Shown: positions 1 through 12,400 of the stretch, one piece after another | How positions within the stretch are numbered: the stretch's first letter is position 1 | Layout: each line of letters begins with the position of its first letter | Assembly (NCBI RefSeq): GCF_009914755.1 | Contig: NC_060935.1 | Length of the DNA: 64,000 nucleotides | Strand: one strand, 5' to 3' | Source: the human T2T-CHM13v2.0 reference genome, Homo sapiens | Position numbers and translations under genes: made by a program | Notes under the pieces: model-generated | Database searches by the model: none | The model's input: only the letters and a program-made list of their open reading frames with translations | What the model was told of the DNA's origin: nothing

Positions 1-19
1 ATTTGGACTTCTCTGAGGA

Positions 20-36
20 TTTCGTTGGAAACGGGA
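20..36 (+). promoter_or_regulatory. CENP-B box, first B monomer (representative; recurs every 850 bp)
   Basis: TTTCGTTGGAAACGGGA matches the core nTTCGnnnnAnnCGGGn. Confidence 0.95.
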
Positions 37-186
37 TAAAATTCCCAGAACTACACGGAAGCATTGTGAGAAACTTCTTTGTGATGTTTGCATTCAACTC
101 ACAGAGTTGAACCTTGCTTTCATAGTTCAGCTTTCAAACACTCTTTTTGTAGAATCTGCAAGTGGATATTTGGACCACTTTGTGGC

Positions 187-203
187 CTTCCTTCGAAACG
201 GGT
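187..203 (+). promoter_or_regulatory. Degenerate CENP-B box, second B monomer (representative; predicted non-binding)
   Basis: CTTCCTTCGAAACGGGT sits at the box position but has TTCC in place of the essential TTCG in every copy inspected. Confidence 0.85.
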
Positions 204-357
204 ATATCTTCACATCAAACCTAGACAGAAGCATTCTCAGAATGTTTCCTGTGATGACTGCATTCAACTCACAGAGGTGAACAATCCTGTTGATGGAGCA
301 CTTTTGAAACTCTCTTTCTTTGGATTCTGCAAGTGGATATGTGGACCTCTGTGAAGA

Positions 358-374
358 TTTCGTTGGAAACGGGT
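358..374 (+). promoter_or_regulatory. CENP-B box, third B monomer (representative; recurs every 850 bp)
   Basis: TTTCGTTGGAAACGGGT keeps all nine core positions. Confidence 0.93.
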
Positions 375-528
375 TCATCTTCACAGAAAAACTAAACAGA
401 AGCATTCTCAGAAACTACTTTGTGATGTTTGTGTTCCACTTCAAGAATTGAACTTTCCTCTTGACAGAGCAGCTCTGAAACCCTCTTTTTCTAGAATCTG
501 CAAGTGGACATTTGGAGGGCTTTGAGGC

Positions 529-545
529 CTGTGGTGGAAAAGGAA
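529..545 (+). other. A-type (pJalpha-like) box, fourth monomer (representative)
   Basis: CTGTGGTGGAAAAGGAA lies at the box-homologous position, resembles the A-monomer motif and lacks the CENP-B CpGs. Confidence 0.75.
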
Positions 546-698
546 AATCTTCACATAAAAACTAGATGGAAGCATTCTCAGAAACTACTTTGTGATGATT
601 GCATTCGACTCACAGAGTTGAACATTCCTATAGATAGAGCAGGTTGTAAACAATCTTTTACTAGAATCTGCGATTGGAGATTTGGACTGCTTTGAGGC

Positions 699-715
699 CT
701 ACTGTAGTAAAGGAA
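699..715 (+). other. A-type box, fifth monomer (representative, more diverged)
   Basis: CTACTGTAGTAAAGGAA lies at the box-homologous position and has no CENP-B core. Confidence 0.7.
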
Positions 716-3700
716 ATAACTTCATCTAAAAACCAAACGGAAGCATTCACAGACAATTCTTAGTGATCATTGGATTGAACTAACAGAGCTGAACATTCCT
801 TTAGATGGTGCAGTTTCCAAACACACTTTCTGTAGAATCTGCAAGTGGATATTTGGACTTCTCTGAGGATTTCGTTGGAAACGGGATAAACTTCCCAGAA
901 CTACACGGAAGCATTGTGAGAAACTTCTTTGTGATGTTTGCATTCAACTCACAGAGTTGAACCTTGCTTTCATAGTTCAGCTTTCAAACACTCTTTTTGT
1001 AGAATCTGCAAGTGGATATTTGGACCACTTTGTGGCCTTCCTTCGAAACGGGTATATCTTCACATCAAACCTAGACAGAAGCATTCTCAGAATGTTTCCT
1101 GTGATGACTGCATTCAACTCACAGAGGTGAACAATCCTGCTGATGGAGCAGTTTTGAAACTCTCTTTCTTTGGATTCTGCATGTGGATATGTTGACCTCT
1201 GTGAAGATTTCGTTGGAAACGGGTTCATCTTCACAGAAAAACTAAACAGGAGCATTCTCAGAAACTGCTTTGTGATGTTTGTGTTCCACTTCAAGAATTG
1301 AACTTTCCTCTTGACAGAGCAGCTCTGAAACCCTCTTTTTCTAGAATCTGCAAGTGGACATTTGGAGGGATTTGAGGCCTGTGGTGGAAAAGGAAAATCT
1401 TCACATAAAAACTAGATGGAAGCATTCTCAGAAACTACTTTGTGATGATTGCATTCGACTCACAGAGTTGAACATTCCTATAGATAGAGCAGGTTGTAAA
1501 CAATCTTTTTGTAGAATCTGCGATTGGAGATTTGGACTGCTTTGAGGCCTACTGTAGTAAAGGAAATAACTTCATCTAAAAACCAAACGGAAGCATTCAC
1601 AGACAATTCTTAGTGATCATTGCATTGAACTAACAGAGCTGAACATTCCTTTAGATGGCGCGGTTTCCAAACACACTTTCTGTAGAATCTGCAAGTGGAT
1701 ATTTGGACCTCTCTGAGGATTTCCTTGGAAATGGTATAAACTTCCCACAACTACACGGAAGCATTGTGAGAAACTTCTTTGTGATGTTTGCATTCAACTC
1801 ACAGAGTTGAACCTTGCTTTCATAGTTCAGCTTTCAAACACTCTTTTTGTAGATTCTGCAAGTGGATATTTGGACCACTTTGTGGCCTTCCTTCGAAACG
1901 GGTATATCTTCACATCAAACCTAGACAGAAGCATTCTCAGAATGTTTCCTGTGATGACTGCATTCAACTCACAGAGGTGAACAATCCTGCTGATGGAGCA
2001 GTTTTGAAACTCTCTTTCTTTGGATTCTGCAAGTGGATATGTGGACCTCTGTGAAGAATTCGTTGGAAACGGGTTCATCTTCACAGAAAAACTAAACAGA
2101 AGCATTCTCAGAAACTGCTTTGTGATGTTTGTGTTCCACCTCAGGAATTGAACTTTCCTCTTGACAGAGCAGCTCTGAAACCCTCTTTTCTAGAATCTGC
2201 AAGTGGACATTTGGAGGGCTTTGAGGCCTGTGGTGGAAAAGGAAAATCTTCACATAAAAACTAGATGGAAGCATTCTCAGAAACTACTTTGTGATGATTG
2301 CATTCGACTCACAGAGTTGAACATTCCTATAGATAGAGCAGGTTGTAAACAATCTTTTTGTAGAATCTGCGATTGGAGATTTGGACTGCTTTGAGGCCTA
2401 CTGTCGTAAAGGAAATAACTTCATCTAAAAACCAAACGGAAGCATTCACAGACAATTCTTAGTGATCATTGGATTGAACAAACAGAGCTGAACATTCCTT
2501 TAGATGGCACAGTTTCCAAACACACTTTCTGTAGAATCTTGAAGTGGATATTTGGACTTCTCTGAGAATTTCGTTGGAAACGGGATAAACTTTCCAGAAC
2601 TACACGGAAGCATTGTGAGAAACTTCTTTGTGATGTTTGCATTCAACTCACAGAGTTGAACCTTGCTTTCATAGTTCAGCTTTCAAACACTCTTTTTGTA
2701 GAATCTGCAAGTGGATATTTGGACCACTTTGTGGCCTTCCTTTGAAACGGGTATATCTTCACATCAAACCTAGACAGAAGCATTCTCAGAATGTTTCCTG
2801 TGATGACTGCATTCAACTCACAGAGGTGAACAATCCTGCTGATGGAGCAGTTTTGAAACTCTCTTTCTTTGGATTCTGCAAGTGGATATGTTGACCTCTG
2901 TGAAGATTTCGTTGGAAACGGGTTCATCTTCACAGAAAAACTAAAAAGGAGCATTCTCAGAAACTGCTTTGTGATGTTTGTGTTCCACTTCAAGAATTGA
3001 ACTTTCCTCTTGACAGAGCAGCTCTGAAACCCTCTTTTTCTAGAATCTGCAAGTGGACATTTGGAGGGCTTTGAGGCCTGTGGTGGAAAAGGAAAATCTT
3101 CACATAAAAACTAGATGGAAGCATTCTCAGAAACTACTTTGTGATGATTGCATTCGACTCACAGAGTTGAACATTCCTATAGATAGAGCAGGTTGTAAAC
3201 AATCTTTTACTAGAATCTGCGATTGGAGATTTGGACTGCTTTGAGGCCTACTGTAGTAAAGGAAATAACTTCATCTAAAAACCAAACGGAAGCATTCACA
3301 GACAATTCTTAGTGATCATTGGATTGAACTAACAGAGCTGAACATTCCTTTAGATGGCGCAGTTTCCAAACACACTTTCTGTAGAATCTGCAAGTGGATA
3401 TTTGGACTTCTCTGAGGATTTCGTTGGAAACGGGATAAACTTCCCAGAACTACACGGAAGCATTGTGAGAAACTTCTTTGTGATGTTTGCATTCAACTCA
3501 CAGAGTTGAACCTTGCTTTCATAGTTCAGCTTTCAAACACTCTTTTTGTAGAATCTGCAAGTGGATATTTGGACCACTTTGTGGCCTTCCTTCGAAACGG
3601 GTATATCTTCACATCAAACCTAGACAGAAGCATTCTCAGAATGTTTCCTGTGATGACTGCATTCAACTCACAGAGGTGAACAATCCTGCTGATGGAGCAG

Positions 3701-6439
3701 TTTTGAAACTCTCTTTCTTTGGATTCTGCATGTGGATATGTTGACCTCTGTGAAGATTTCGTTGGAAACGGGTTCATCTTCACAGAAAAACTAAACAGGA
3801 GCATTCTCAGAAACTGCTTTGTGATGTTTGTGTTCCACTTCAAGAATTGAACTTTCCTCTTGACAGAGCAGCTCTGAAACCCTCTTTTTCTAGAATCTGC
3901 AAGTGGACATTTGGAGGGCTTTGAGGCCTGTGGTGGAAAAGGAAAATCTTCACATAAAAACTAGATGGAAGCATTCTCAGAAACTACTTTGTGATGATTG
4001 CATTCGACTTACAGAGTTGAACATTCCTATAGATAGAGCAGGTTGTAAACAATCTTTTTGTAGAATCTGCGATTGGAGATTTGGACTGCTTTGAGGCCTA
4101 CTGTAGTAAAGGAAATAACTTCATCTAAAAACCAAACGGAAGCATTCACAGACAATTCTTAGTGATCATTGCATTGAACTAACAGAGCTGAACATTCCTT
4201 TAGATGGCGCAGTTTCCAAACACACTTTCTGTAGAATCTGCAAGTGGATATTTGGACCTCTCTGAGGATTTCGTTGGAAACGGGATAAACTTCCCAGAAC
4301 TACACGGAAGCATTCTGAGAAACTTCTTTGTGATGTTTGCATTCAACTCACAGAGTTGAACCTTGCTTTCATAGTTCAGCTTTCAAACACTCTTTTTGTA
4401 GAATCTGCAAGTGGATATTTGGACCACTTTGTGGCCTTCCTTCGAAACGGGTATATCTTCACATCAAACCTAGACAGAAGCATTCTCAGAATGTTTCCTG
4501 TGATGACTGCATTCAACTCACAGAGGTGAACAATCCTGCTGATGGAGCAGTTTCGAAACTCTCTTTCTTTGGATTCTGCAAGTGGATATGTGGACCTCTG
4601 TGAAGAATTCGTTGGAAACGGGTTCATCTTCACAGAAAAACTAAACAGAAGCATTCTCAGAAACTGCTTTGTGATGTTTGTGTTCCACCTCAGGAATTGA
4701 ACTTTCTTCTTGACAGAGCAGCTCTGAAACCCTCTTATTCTAGAATCTGCAAGTGGACATTTGGAGGGCTTTGAGGCCTGTGGTGGAAAAGGAAAATCTT
4801 CACATAAAAACTAGATGGAAGCATTCTCAGAAACTACTTTGTGATGATTGCATTCGACTCACAGAGTTGAACATTCCTATAGATAGAGCAGGTTGTAAAC
4901 AATCTTTTTGTAGAATCTGCGATTGGGGATTTGGACTGCCCTGAGGCCTACTGTAGTAAAGGAAATAACTTCATCTAAAAACCAAACGGAAGCATTCACA
5001 GACAATTCTTAGTGATCATTGGATTGAACTAACAGAGCTGAACATTCCTTTAGATGGAGCAGTTTCCAAACACACTTTCTGTAGAATCTTCAAGTGGATA
5101 TTTGGACTTCTCTGAGGATTTCGTTGGATAAGGGATAAACTTCCCAGAACTACACGGAAGCATTGTGAGAAACTTCTTTGTGATGTTTGCATTCAACTCA
5201 CAGAGTTGAACCTTGCTTTCATAGTTCAGCTTTCAAACACTCTTTTTGTAGAATCTGCAAGTGGATATTTGGACCACTTTGTGGCCTTCCTTCGAAACGG
5301 GTATATCTTCACATCAAACCTAGACAGAAGCATTCTCAGAATGTTTCCTGTGATGACTGCATTCAACTCACAGAGGTGAACAATCCTGCTGATGGAGCAG
5401 TTTTGAAACTCTCTTTCTTTGGATTCTGCAAGTGGATATGTGGACCTCTGTGAAGATTTCGTTGGAAACGGGTTCATCTTCACAGAAAAACTAAACAGGA
5501 GCATTCTCAGAAACTGCTTTGTGATGTTTGTGTTCCACTTCAAGAATTGAACTTTCCTCTTGACAGAGCAGCTCTGAAACCCTCTTTTTCTAGAATCTGC
5601 AAGTGGACATTTGGAGGGATTTGAGGCCTGTGGTGGAAAAGGAAAATCTTCACATAAAAACTAGATGGAAGCATTCTCAGAAACTACTTTGTGATGATTG
5701 CATTCGACTCACAGAGTTGAACATTCCTATAGATAGAGCAGGTTGTAAACAATCTTTTTGTAGAATCTGCGATTGGAGATTTGGACTGCTTTGAGACCTA
5801 CTGTAGTAAAGGAAATAACTTCATCTAAAAACCAAACGGAAGCATTCACAGACAATTCTTAGTGATCATTGCATTGAACTAACAGAGCTGAACATTCCTT
5901 TAGATGGCGCGGTTTCCAAACACACTTTCTGTAGAATCTGCAAGTGGATATTTGGACCTCTCTGAGGATTTCCTTGGAAATGGTATAAACTTCCCAGAAC
6001 TACACGGAAGCATTGTGAGAAACTTCTTTGTGATGTTTGCATTCAACTCACAGAGTTGAACCTTGCTTTCATAGTTCAGCTTTCAAACACTCTTTTTGTA
6101 GATTCTGCAAGTGGATATTTGGACCACTTTGTGGCCTTCCTTCGAAACGGGTATATCTTCACATCAAACCTAGACAGAAGCATTCTCAGAATGTTTCCTG
6201 TGATGACTGCATTCAACTCACAGAGGTGAACAATCCTGCTGATGGAGCAGTTTTGAAACTCTCTTTCTTTGGATTCTGCAAGTGGATATGTGGACCTCTG
6301 TGAAGAATTCGTTGGAAACGGGTTCATCTTCACAGAAAAACTAAACAGAAGCATTCTCAGAAACTGCTTTGTGATGTTTGTGTTCCACCTCAGGAATTGA
6401 ACTTTCCCCTTGACAGAGCAGCTCTGAAACCCTCTTTTC

Positions 6440-9400
6440 TAGAATCTGCAAGTGGACATTTGGAGGGCTTTGAGGCCTGTGGTGGAAAAGGAAAATCTTC
6501 ACATAAAAACTAGATGGAAGCATTCTCAGAAACTACTTTGTGATGATTGCATTCGACTCACAGAGTTGAACATTCCTATAGATAGAGCAGGTTGTAAACA
6601 ATCTTTTTGTAGAATCTGCGATTGGAGATTTGGACTGCTTTGAGGCCTACTGTAGTAAAGGAAATAACTTCATCTAAAAACCAAACGGAAGCATTCACAG
6701 ACAATTCTTAGTGATCATTGGATTGAACTAACAGAGCTGAACATTCCTTTAGATGGCACAGTTTCCAAACACACTTTCTGTAGAATCTTGAAGTGGATAT
6801 TTGGACTTCTCTGAGAATTTCGTTGGAAACGGGATAAATTTCCAGAACTACACGGAAGCATTGTGAGAAACTTCTTTGTGATGTTTGCATTCAACTCACA
6901 GAGTTGAACCTTGCTTTCATAGTTCAGCTTTCAAACACTCTTTTTGGAGAATCTGCAAGTGGATATTTGGACCACTTTGTGGCCTTCCTTTGAAACGGGT
7001 ATATCTTCACATCAAACCTAGACAGAAGCATTCTCAGAATGTTTCCTGTGATGACTGCATTCAACTCACAGAGGTGAACAATCCTGCTGATGGAGCAGTT
7101 TTGAAACTCTCTTTCTTTGGATTCTGCAAGTGGATATGTTGACCTCTGTGAAGATTTCGTTGGAAACGGGTTCATCTTCACAGAAAAACTAAAAAGGAGC
7201 ATTCTCAGAAACTGCTTTGTGATGTTTGTGTTCCACTTCAAGAATTGAACTTTCCTCTTGACAGAGCAGCTCTGAAACCCTCTTTTTCTAGAATCTGCAA
7301 GTGGACATTTGGAGGGATTTGAGGCCTGTGGTGGAAAAGGAAAATCTTCACATAAAAACTAGATGGAAGCATTCTCAGAAACTACTTTGTGATGATTGCA
7401 TTCGACTCACAGAGTTGAACATTCCTATAGATAGAGCAGGTTGTAAACAATCTTTTTGTAGAATCTGCGATTGGAGATTTGGACTGCTTTGAGGCCTACT
7501 GTAGTAAAGGAAATAACTTCATCTAAAAACCAAACGGAAGCATTCACAGACAATTCTTAGTGATCATTGCATTGAACTAACAGAGCTGAACATTCCTTTA
7601 GATGGCGCAGTTTCCAAACACACTTTCTGTAGAATCTGCAAGTGGATATTTGGACCTCTCTGAGGATTTCGTTGGAAACGGGATAAACTTCCCAGAACTA
7701 CACGGAAGCATTCTGAGAAACTTCTTTGTGATGTTTGCATTCAACTCACAGAGTTGAACCTTGCTTTCATAGTTCAGCTTTCAAACACTCTTTTTGTAGA
7801 ATCTGCAAGTGGATATTTGGACCACTTTGTGGCCTTCCTTCGAAACGGGTATATCTTCACATCAAACCTAGACAGAAGCATTCTCAGAATGTTTCCTGTG
7901 ATGACTGCATTCAACTCACAGAGGTGAACAATCCTGCTGATGGAGCAGTTTTGAAACTCTCTTTCTTTGGATTCTGCAAGTGGATATGTGGACCTCTGTG
8001 AAGAATTCGTTGGAAAAGGGTTCATCTTCACAGAAAAACTAAACAGAAGCATTCTCAGAAACTGCTTTGTGATGTTTGTGTTCCACCTCAGGAACTGAAC
8101 TTTCCTCTTGACAGAGCAGCTCTGAAACCCTCTTATTCTAGAATCTGCAAGTGGACATTTGGAGGGCTTTGAGGCCTGTGGTGGAAAAGGAAAATCTTCA
8201 CATAAAAATTAGATGGAAGCATTCTCAGAAACTACTTTGTGATGATTGCATTCGACTCACAGAGTTGAACATTCCTATAGATAGAGCAGGTTGTAAACAA
8301 TCTTTTTGTAGAATCTGCGATTGGAGATTTGGACTGCTTTGAGGCCTACTGTAGTAAAGGAAATAACTTCATCTAAAAACCAAACGGAAGCATTCACAGA
8401 CAATTCTTAGTGATCATTGGATTGAACTAACAGAGCTGAACATTCCTTTAGATGGCGCAGTTTCCAAACACACTTTCTGTAGAATCTTCAAGTGGATATT
8501 TGGACTTCTCTGAGGATTTCGTTGGATAAGGGATAAACTTCCCAGAACTACACGGAAGCATTGTGAGAAACTTCTTTGTGATGTTTGCATTCAACTCACA
8601 GAGTTGAACCTTGCTTTCATAGTTCAGCTTTCAAACACTCTTTTTGTAGAATCTGCAAGTGGATATTTGGACCACTTTGTGGCCTTCCTTCGAAACGGGT
8701 ATATCTTCACATCAAACCTAGACAGAAGCATTCTCAGAATGTTTCCTGTGATGACTGCATTCAACTCACAGAGGTGAACAATCCTGCTGATGGAGCAGTA
8801 TTGAAACTCTCTTTCTTTGGATTCTGCAAGTGGATATGTGGACCTCTGTGAAGATTTCGTTGGAAACGGGTTCATCTTCACAGAAAAACTAAACAGGAGC
8901 ATTCTCAGAAACTGCTTTGTGATGTTTGTGTTCCACTTCAAGAATTGAACTTTCCTCTTGACAGAGCAGCTCTGAAACCCTCTTTTTCTAGAATCTGCAA
9001 GTGGACATTTGGAGGGATTTGAGGCCTGTGGTGGAAAAGGAAAATCTTCACATAAAAACTAGATGGAAGCATTCTCAGAAACTACTTTGTGATGATTGCA
9101 TTCGACTCACAGAGTTGAACATTCCTATAGATAGAGCAGGTTGTAAACAATCTTTTTGTAGAATCTGCGATTGGAGATTTGGACTGCTTTGAGGCCTACT
9201 GTAGTAAAGGAAATAACTTCATCTAAAAACCAAACGGAAGCATTCACAAACAATTCTTAGTGATCATTGCATTGAACTAACAGAGCTGAACATTCCTTTA
9301 GATGGCGCGGTTTCCAAACACACTTTCTGTAGAATCTGCAAGTGGATATTTGGACCTCTCTGAGGATTTCCTTGGAAATGGTATAAACTTCCCAGAACTA

Positions 9401-12400
9401 CACGGAAGCATTGTGAGAAACTTCTTTGTGATGTTTGCATTCAACTCACAGAGTTGAACCTTGCTTTCATAGTTCAGCTTTCAAACACTCTTTTTGTAGA
9501 TTCTGCAAGTGGATATTTGGACCACTTTGTGGCCTTCCTTCGAAACGGGTATATCTTCACATCAAACCTAGACAGAAGCATTCTCAGAATGTTTCCTGTG
9601 ATGACTGCATTCAACTCACAGAGGTGAACAATCCTGCTGATGGAGCAGTTTTGAAACTCTCTTTCTTTGGATTCTGCAAGTGGATATGTGGACCTCTGTG
9701 AAGATTTCGTTGGAAACGGGTTCATCTTCACAGAAAAACTAAACAGAAGCATTCTCAGAAACTGCTTTGTGATGTTTGTGTTCCACTTCAGGAATTGAAC
9801 TTTCCTCTTGACAGAGCAGCTCTGAAACCCTCTTTTCTAGAATCTGCAAGTGGACATTTGGAGGGCTTTGAGGCCTGTGGTGGAAAAGGAAAATCTTCAC
9901 ATAAAAACTAGATGGAAGCATTCTCAGAAACTACTTTGTGATGATTGCATTCGACTCACAGAGTTGAACATTCCTATAGATAGAGCAGGTTGTAAACAAT
10001 CTTTTTGTAGAATCTGCGATTGGAGATTTGGACTGCTTTGAGGCCTACTGTAGTAAAGGAAATAACTTCATCTAAAAACCAAACGGAAGCATTCACAGAC
10101 AATTCTTAGTGATCATTGGATTGAACTAACAGAGCTGAACATTCCTTTAGATGGCACAGTTTCCAAACACACTTACTGTAGAATCTTGAAGTGGATATTT
10201 GGACTTCTCTGAGAATTTCGTTGGAAACGGGATAAACTTTCCAGAACTACACGGAAGCATTGTGAGAAACTTCTTTGTGATGTTTGCATTCAACTCACAG
10301 AGTTGAACCTTGCTTTCATAGTTCAGCTTTCAAACACTCTTTTTGTAGAATCTGCAAGTGGATATTTGGACCACTTTGTGGCCTTCCTTTGAAACGGGTA
10401 TATCTTCACATCAAACCTAGACAGAAGCATTCTCAGAATGTTTCCTGTGATGACTGCATTCAACTCACAGAGGTGAACAATCCTGCTGATGGAGCAGTTT
10501 TGAAACTCTCTTTCTTTGGATTCTGCAAGTGGATATGTTGACCTCTGTGAAGATTTCGTTGGAAACGGGTTCATCTTCACAGAAAAACTAAAAAGGAGCA
10601 TTCTCAGAAACTGCTTTGTGATGTTTGTGTTCCACTTCAAGAATTGAACTTTCCTCTTGACAGAGCAGCTCTGAAACCCTCTTTTTCTAGAATCTGCAAG
10701 TGGACATTTGGAGGGATTTGAGGCCTGTGGTGGAAAAGGAAAATCTTCACATAAAAACTAGATGGAAGCATTCTCAGAAACTACTTTGTGATGATTGCAT
10801 TCGACTCACAGAGTTGAACATTCCTATAGATAGAGCAGGTTGTAAACAATCTTTTTGTAGAATCTGCGATTGGAGATTTGGACTGCTTTGAGGCCTACTG
10901 TAGTAAAGGAAATAACTTCATCTAAAAACCAAACGGAAGCATTCACAGACAATTCTTAGTGATCATTGCATTGAACTAACAGAGCTGAACATTCCTTTAG
11001 ATGGCGCAGTTTCCAAACACACTTTCTGTAGAATCTGCAAGTGGATATTTGGACCTCTCTGAGGATTTCGTTGGAAACGGGATAAACTTCCCAGAACTAC
11101 ACGGAAGCATTCTGAGAAACTTCTTTGTGATGTTTGCATTCAACTCACAGAGTTGAACCTTGCTTTCATAGTTCAGCTTTCAAACACTCTTTTTGTAGAA
11201 TCTGCAAGTGGATATTTGGACCACTTTGTGGCCTTCCTTCGAAACGGGTATATCTTCACATCAAACCTAGACAGAAGCATTCTCAGAATGTTTCCTGTGA
11301 TGACTGCATTCAACTCACAGAGGTGAACAATCCTGCTGATGGAGCAGTTTTGAAACTCTCTTTCTTTGGATTCTGCAAGTGGATATGTGGACCTCTGTGA
11401 AGAATTCGTTGGAAACGGGTTCATCTTCACAGAAAAACTAAACAGAAGCATTCTCAGAAACTGCTTTGTGATGTTTGTGTTCCACCTCAGGAATTGAACT
11501 TTCCTCTTGACAGAGCAGCTCTGAAACCCTCTTTTTCTAGAATCTGCAAGTGGACATTTGGAGGGCTTTGAGGCCTGTGGTGGAAAAGGAAAATCTTCAC
11601 ATAAAAACTAGATGGAAGCATTCTCAGAAACTACTTTGTGATGATTGCATTCGACTCACAGAGTTGAACATTCCTATAGATAGAGCAGGTTGTAAACAAT
11701 CTTTTTGTAGAATCTGCGATTGGAGATTTGGACTGCTTTGAGGCCTACTGTAGTAAAGGAAATAACTTCATCTAAAAACCAAACGGAAGCATTCACAGAC
11801 AATTCTTAGTGATCATTGGATTGAACTAACAGAGCTGAACATTCCTTTAGATGGCACAGTTTCCAAACACACTTTCTGTAGAATCTTGAAGTGGATATTT
11901 GGACTTCTCTGAGAATTTCGTTGGAAACGGGATAAATTTCCAGAACTACACGGAAGCATTGTGAGAAACTTCTTTGTGATGTTTGCATTCAACTCACAGA
12001 GTTGAACCTTGCTTTCATAGTTCAGCTTTCAAACACTCTTTTTGTAGAATCTGCAAGTGGATATTTGGACCACTTTGTGGCCTTCCTTTGAAACGGGTAT
12101 ATCTTCACATCAAACCTAGACAGAAGCATTCTCAGAATGTTTCCTGTGATGACTGCATTCAACTCACAGAGGTGAACAATCCTGCTGATGGAGCAGTTTT
12201 GAAACTCTCTTTCTTTGGATTCTGCAAGTGGATATGTTGACCTCTGTGAAGATTTCGTTGGAAAGGGGTTCATCTTCACAGAAAAACTAAAAAGGAGCAT
12301 TCTCAGAAACTGCTTTGTGATGTTTGTGTTCCACTTCAAGAATTGAACTTTCCTCTTGACAGAGCAGCTCTGAAACCCTCTTTTTCTAGAATCTGCAAGT

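Larger units (their letters stand above)
20..869 (+). repeat. Representative HOR unit: five monomers, box-to-box lengths 167+171+171+170+171 = 850 bp
   Basis: Homologous A/B-box positions start at 20, 187, 358, 529, 699 and again at 870. A single XbaI site TCTAGA lies at 490-495. Confidence 0.95.

Noticed and set aside
626-640. TATA-like or microsatellite-like TCCTATAGATAGAGC
   Set aside because: It is a fixed short part of one monomer in every unit, with no length variation and no promoter context.
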